Shown here in pieces: positions 62,525 through 64,000 of a DNA stretch of 64,000 bases. How positions within the stretch are numbered: the stretch's first letter is position 1; every line of letters starts with the position of its first letter. The notes below the pieces were generated by a model. That model ran no database searches, was not told the origin of the DNA, and saw nothing but the letters and a program-made list of their open reading frames with translations. Made by a program: the position numbers and the translations under genes. The DNA is from an uncultured Nitrososphaerota archaeon (lineage in GTDB: Archaea > Thermoproteota > Nitrososphaeria > Nitrososphaerales > Nitrosopumilaceae): positions 96,001 through 160,000 of the forward strand of contig CAWGPD010000004.1 in NCBI GenBank assembly GCA_963824385.1, in the 5' to 3' direction.

Positions 62525-62659
62525 CTAAAGTGGCGGAGCAGATGCAGTACCGCCACATCTAGTACACGGTCTTGATGTGAACGGCTCTCCAAGCTTCATA
62601 GTTACTTTAAACTGAGTTTTACATTTGCCACATGTGTATGGAACTTGGACTGTTGTCAT
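62525..62659 (-). CDS. Small zinc-ribbon protein
   Basis: YTCGKC...PCTRCGG (44 aa). Confidence 0.7.
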   Translation of the reverse strand: MTTVQVPYTCGKCKTQFKVTMKLGEPFTSRPCTRCGGTASAPPL

Positions 62660-62752
62660 GTTGTATAGAAAAAATTCTTTTGTTGGTATAAGTGTTAGGA
62701 AGAGAGTCAAAGGAACTTTATAAATAAAATTAAACTGGATTTACTCTCAGAC

Positions 62753-63073
62753 CTATTGTCCTGAAAGCATCTTTGCAATATGCTCATCTTGCTCCAATGC
62801 GGATTTTAATGATTGTAGTGGAGTAACTTTCCATTTTACCATTCCCCAAAACGGAATATCTCTTAGCATTTTTCCAAGTTCTTCAGGAGATGATGCGTCC
62901 ATTACAAATGCGCCTGCTCGTTGTCCTGCCAAAAGTCCTCCTTTAATCTTGTTTTCTGATTCCAACTTTATTAGTTGTTCATAGCTTGGAATCACTATAT
63001 GGTTGATGTAATCTGGCACATCCTTCATTGGAATTAGGCCATCTATGTTCTCAGATTCTACCAGAAACTGCAT
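62753..63073 (-). CDS. Muconolactone-isomerase-like dimeric alpha/beta protein
   Basis: MQFLV...DASSPEEL..L..IPFW...W.VTPL pattern. Confidence 0.7.
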   Translation of the reverse strand: MQFLVESENIDGLIPMKDVPDYINHIVIPSYEQLIKLESENKIKGGLLAGQRAGAFVMDASSPEELGKMLRDIPFWGMVKWKVTPLQSLKSALEQDEHIAKMLSGQ

Positions 63074-63221
63074 GCAATATCATGGTATCAAGATTAGATA
63101 AGACTTGCTTGTGACAGTATAAATCATGTAAATTAATTCAAAAAACTAGGATTAAATTTTTGACAATAATTCTAATTAATCACAATAGGAATATGTGAAC
63201 AGTTGAAAATTTGACTTTCAA

Positions 63222-64000
63222 TTACTTTGAGTTATTCTTAACTGATGCTGTATTAACTACAAATGTTTCAGAGCCACTACCAGAGATGTATCCAGATTTT
63301 GTTGCAGTTGCACTTGCAGTATATGTACCAGTTGGGGCAGATTTTGAAATTGAATATGTGAAAGTTAATTGTCCGTTAGCGCCAGTCGTTCCAGTTCCTT
63401 GCGCTACACTTCCATTTGAAGCTGTTACCTTTAATGTAACTGATGCTCCACTAACTGGAGTTGAATTACTGGTAACTCCTACAGTAAAAGTATCAGTAGA
63501 ACCTTGTGTAAATGTTCCAGCAGATGTAACTGAAACAGATAGTGATGGAGTTATTGTAACTGGGATAGAAACTGAATTAGTTAGGGTGCCATCAGTTCCA
63601 GATATTGTGATTGTAGTAGATGCAGTGGGTGTAAAACTAAGAGTTGTAGTAACACTTCCGGAAGCAGGTACAACAACAGAAGTTGGACTAATTGAGCCAG
63701 ATGAAGGAGTCAGTGTAACAGTTCCCGTATAACCACCTATTGATGTAACAGCAATAGTTGAAGTTTGAGGTGTGTTAGGAGATACTGTAAAGGATGAAGG
63801 ACTTGCAGAGATTGTAAAGCTAGGCGTTGGCGGAATTGTAAGATGTGAAATTAAATTATTTGCCTGTGGACTGCCAAGACCTGTTACTTCGTCATAACCT
63901 ACTGCTGCATTACATACTGCGCCACAGTTTCCGTTGCTGCCAGATGTAATATCATGATAGTTAGTGCCATACAAGCTACCTACTGCAGAACCATACAAGG
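63222..64000 (-). CDS. S53 (sedolisin)/subtilase-type protease, C-terminal part with Ig-like domains (5' end outside window)
   Basis: YHDITSGSNGNC...GYDEVTGLGSP Ca-site motif followed by Ser/Thr-rich beta domains. Confidence 0.8.
   Translation of the reverse strand, partial: LYGSAVGSLYGTNYHDITSGSNGNCGAVCNAAVGYDEVTGLGSPQANNLISHLTIPPTPSFTISASPSSFTVSPNTPQTSTIAVTSIGGYTGTVTLTPSSGSISPTSVVVPASGSVTTTLSFTPTASTTITISGTDGTLTNSVSIPVTITPSLSVSVTSAGTFTQGSTDTFTVGVTSNSTPVSGASVTLKVTASNGSVAQGTGTTGANGQLTFTYSISKSAPTGTYTASATATKSGYISGSGSETFVVNTASVKNNSK

Noticed and set aside
63211..63732. Long antisense ORFs (also 50946-51488, 56862-57305, 61336-61749, 34195-34575)
   Set aside because: Shadows of well-supported genes on the opposite strand, with no motifs of their own.

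Overview
Archaeal chromosome segment, almost certainly from an ammonia-oxidising Nitrososphaerota (Thaumarchaeota). Evidence: archaeal r-protein cluster lacking rpl2, proteasome alpha, CdvB/Snf7 and a PEFG-CTERM protein. Nitrosotalea-like affinity is only an inference. Layout: 1-16.3 kb is a type IV pilus locus (ATPase, TadC/FlaJ, four class-III-signal pilins, two carrying large adhesin-like domains, a coupled MoxR-VWA pair, TrmB, KaiC-like ATPase). Next come purK/purE, a bioD-A-B-F cluster interrupted by an islet of small ORFs, ccdA-thioredoxin and cdvB. A 4 kb zone then carries five copies of a 28-bp palindrome, followed by tRNA-Asn, the rpl3-rpl6 cluster, psmA, purC/F/L/Q/S, tRNA-Thr, a candidate ~95-nt structured RNA, Lrp/receiver regulators, Ni/Co and ZIP transporters and an S53-type protease fragment. 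About 15 single-base indels, some in essential genes, indicate sequencing error rather than real pseudogenes. Best leads: the 28-bp palindrome cluster, the structured RNA, and the adhesin-bearing pilins with the MoxR-VWA pair.
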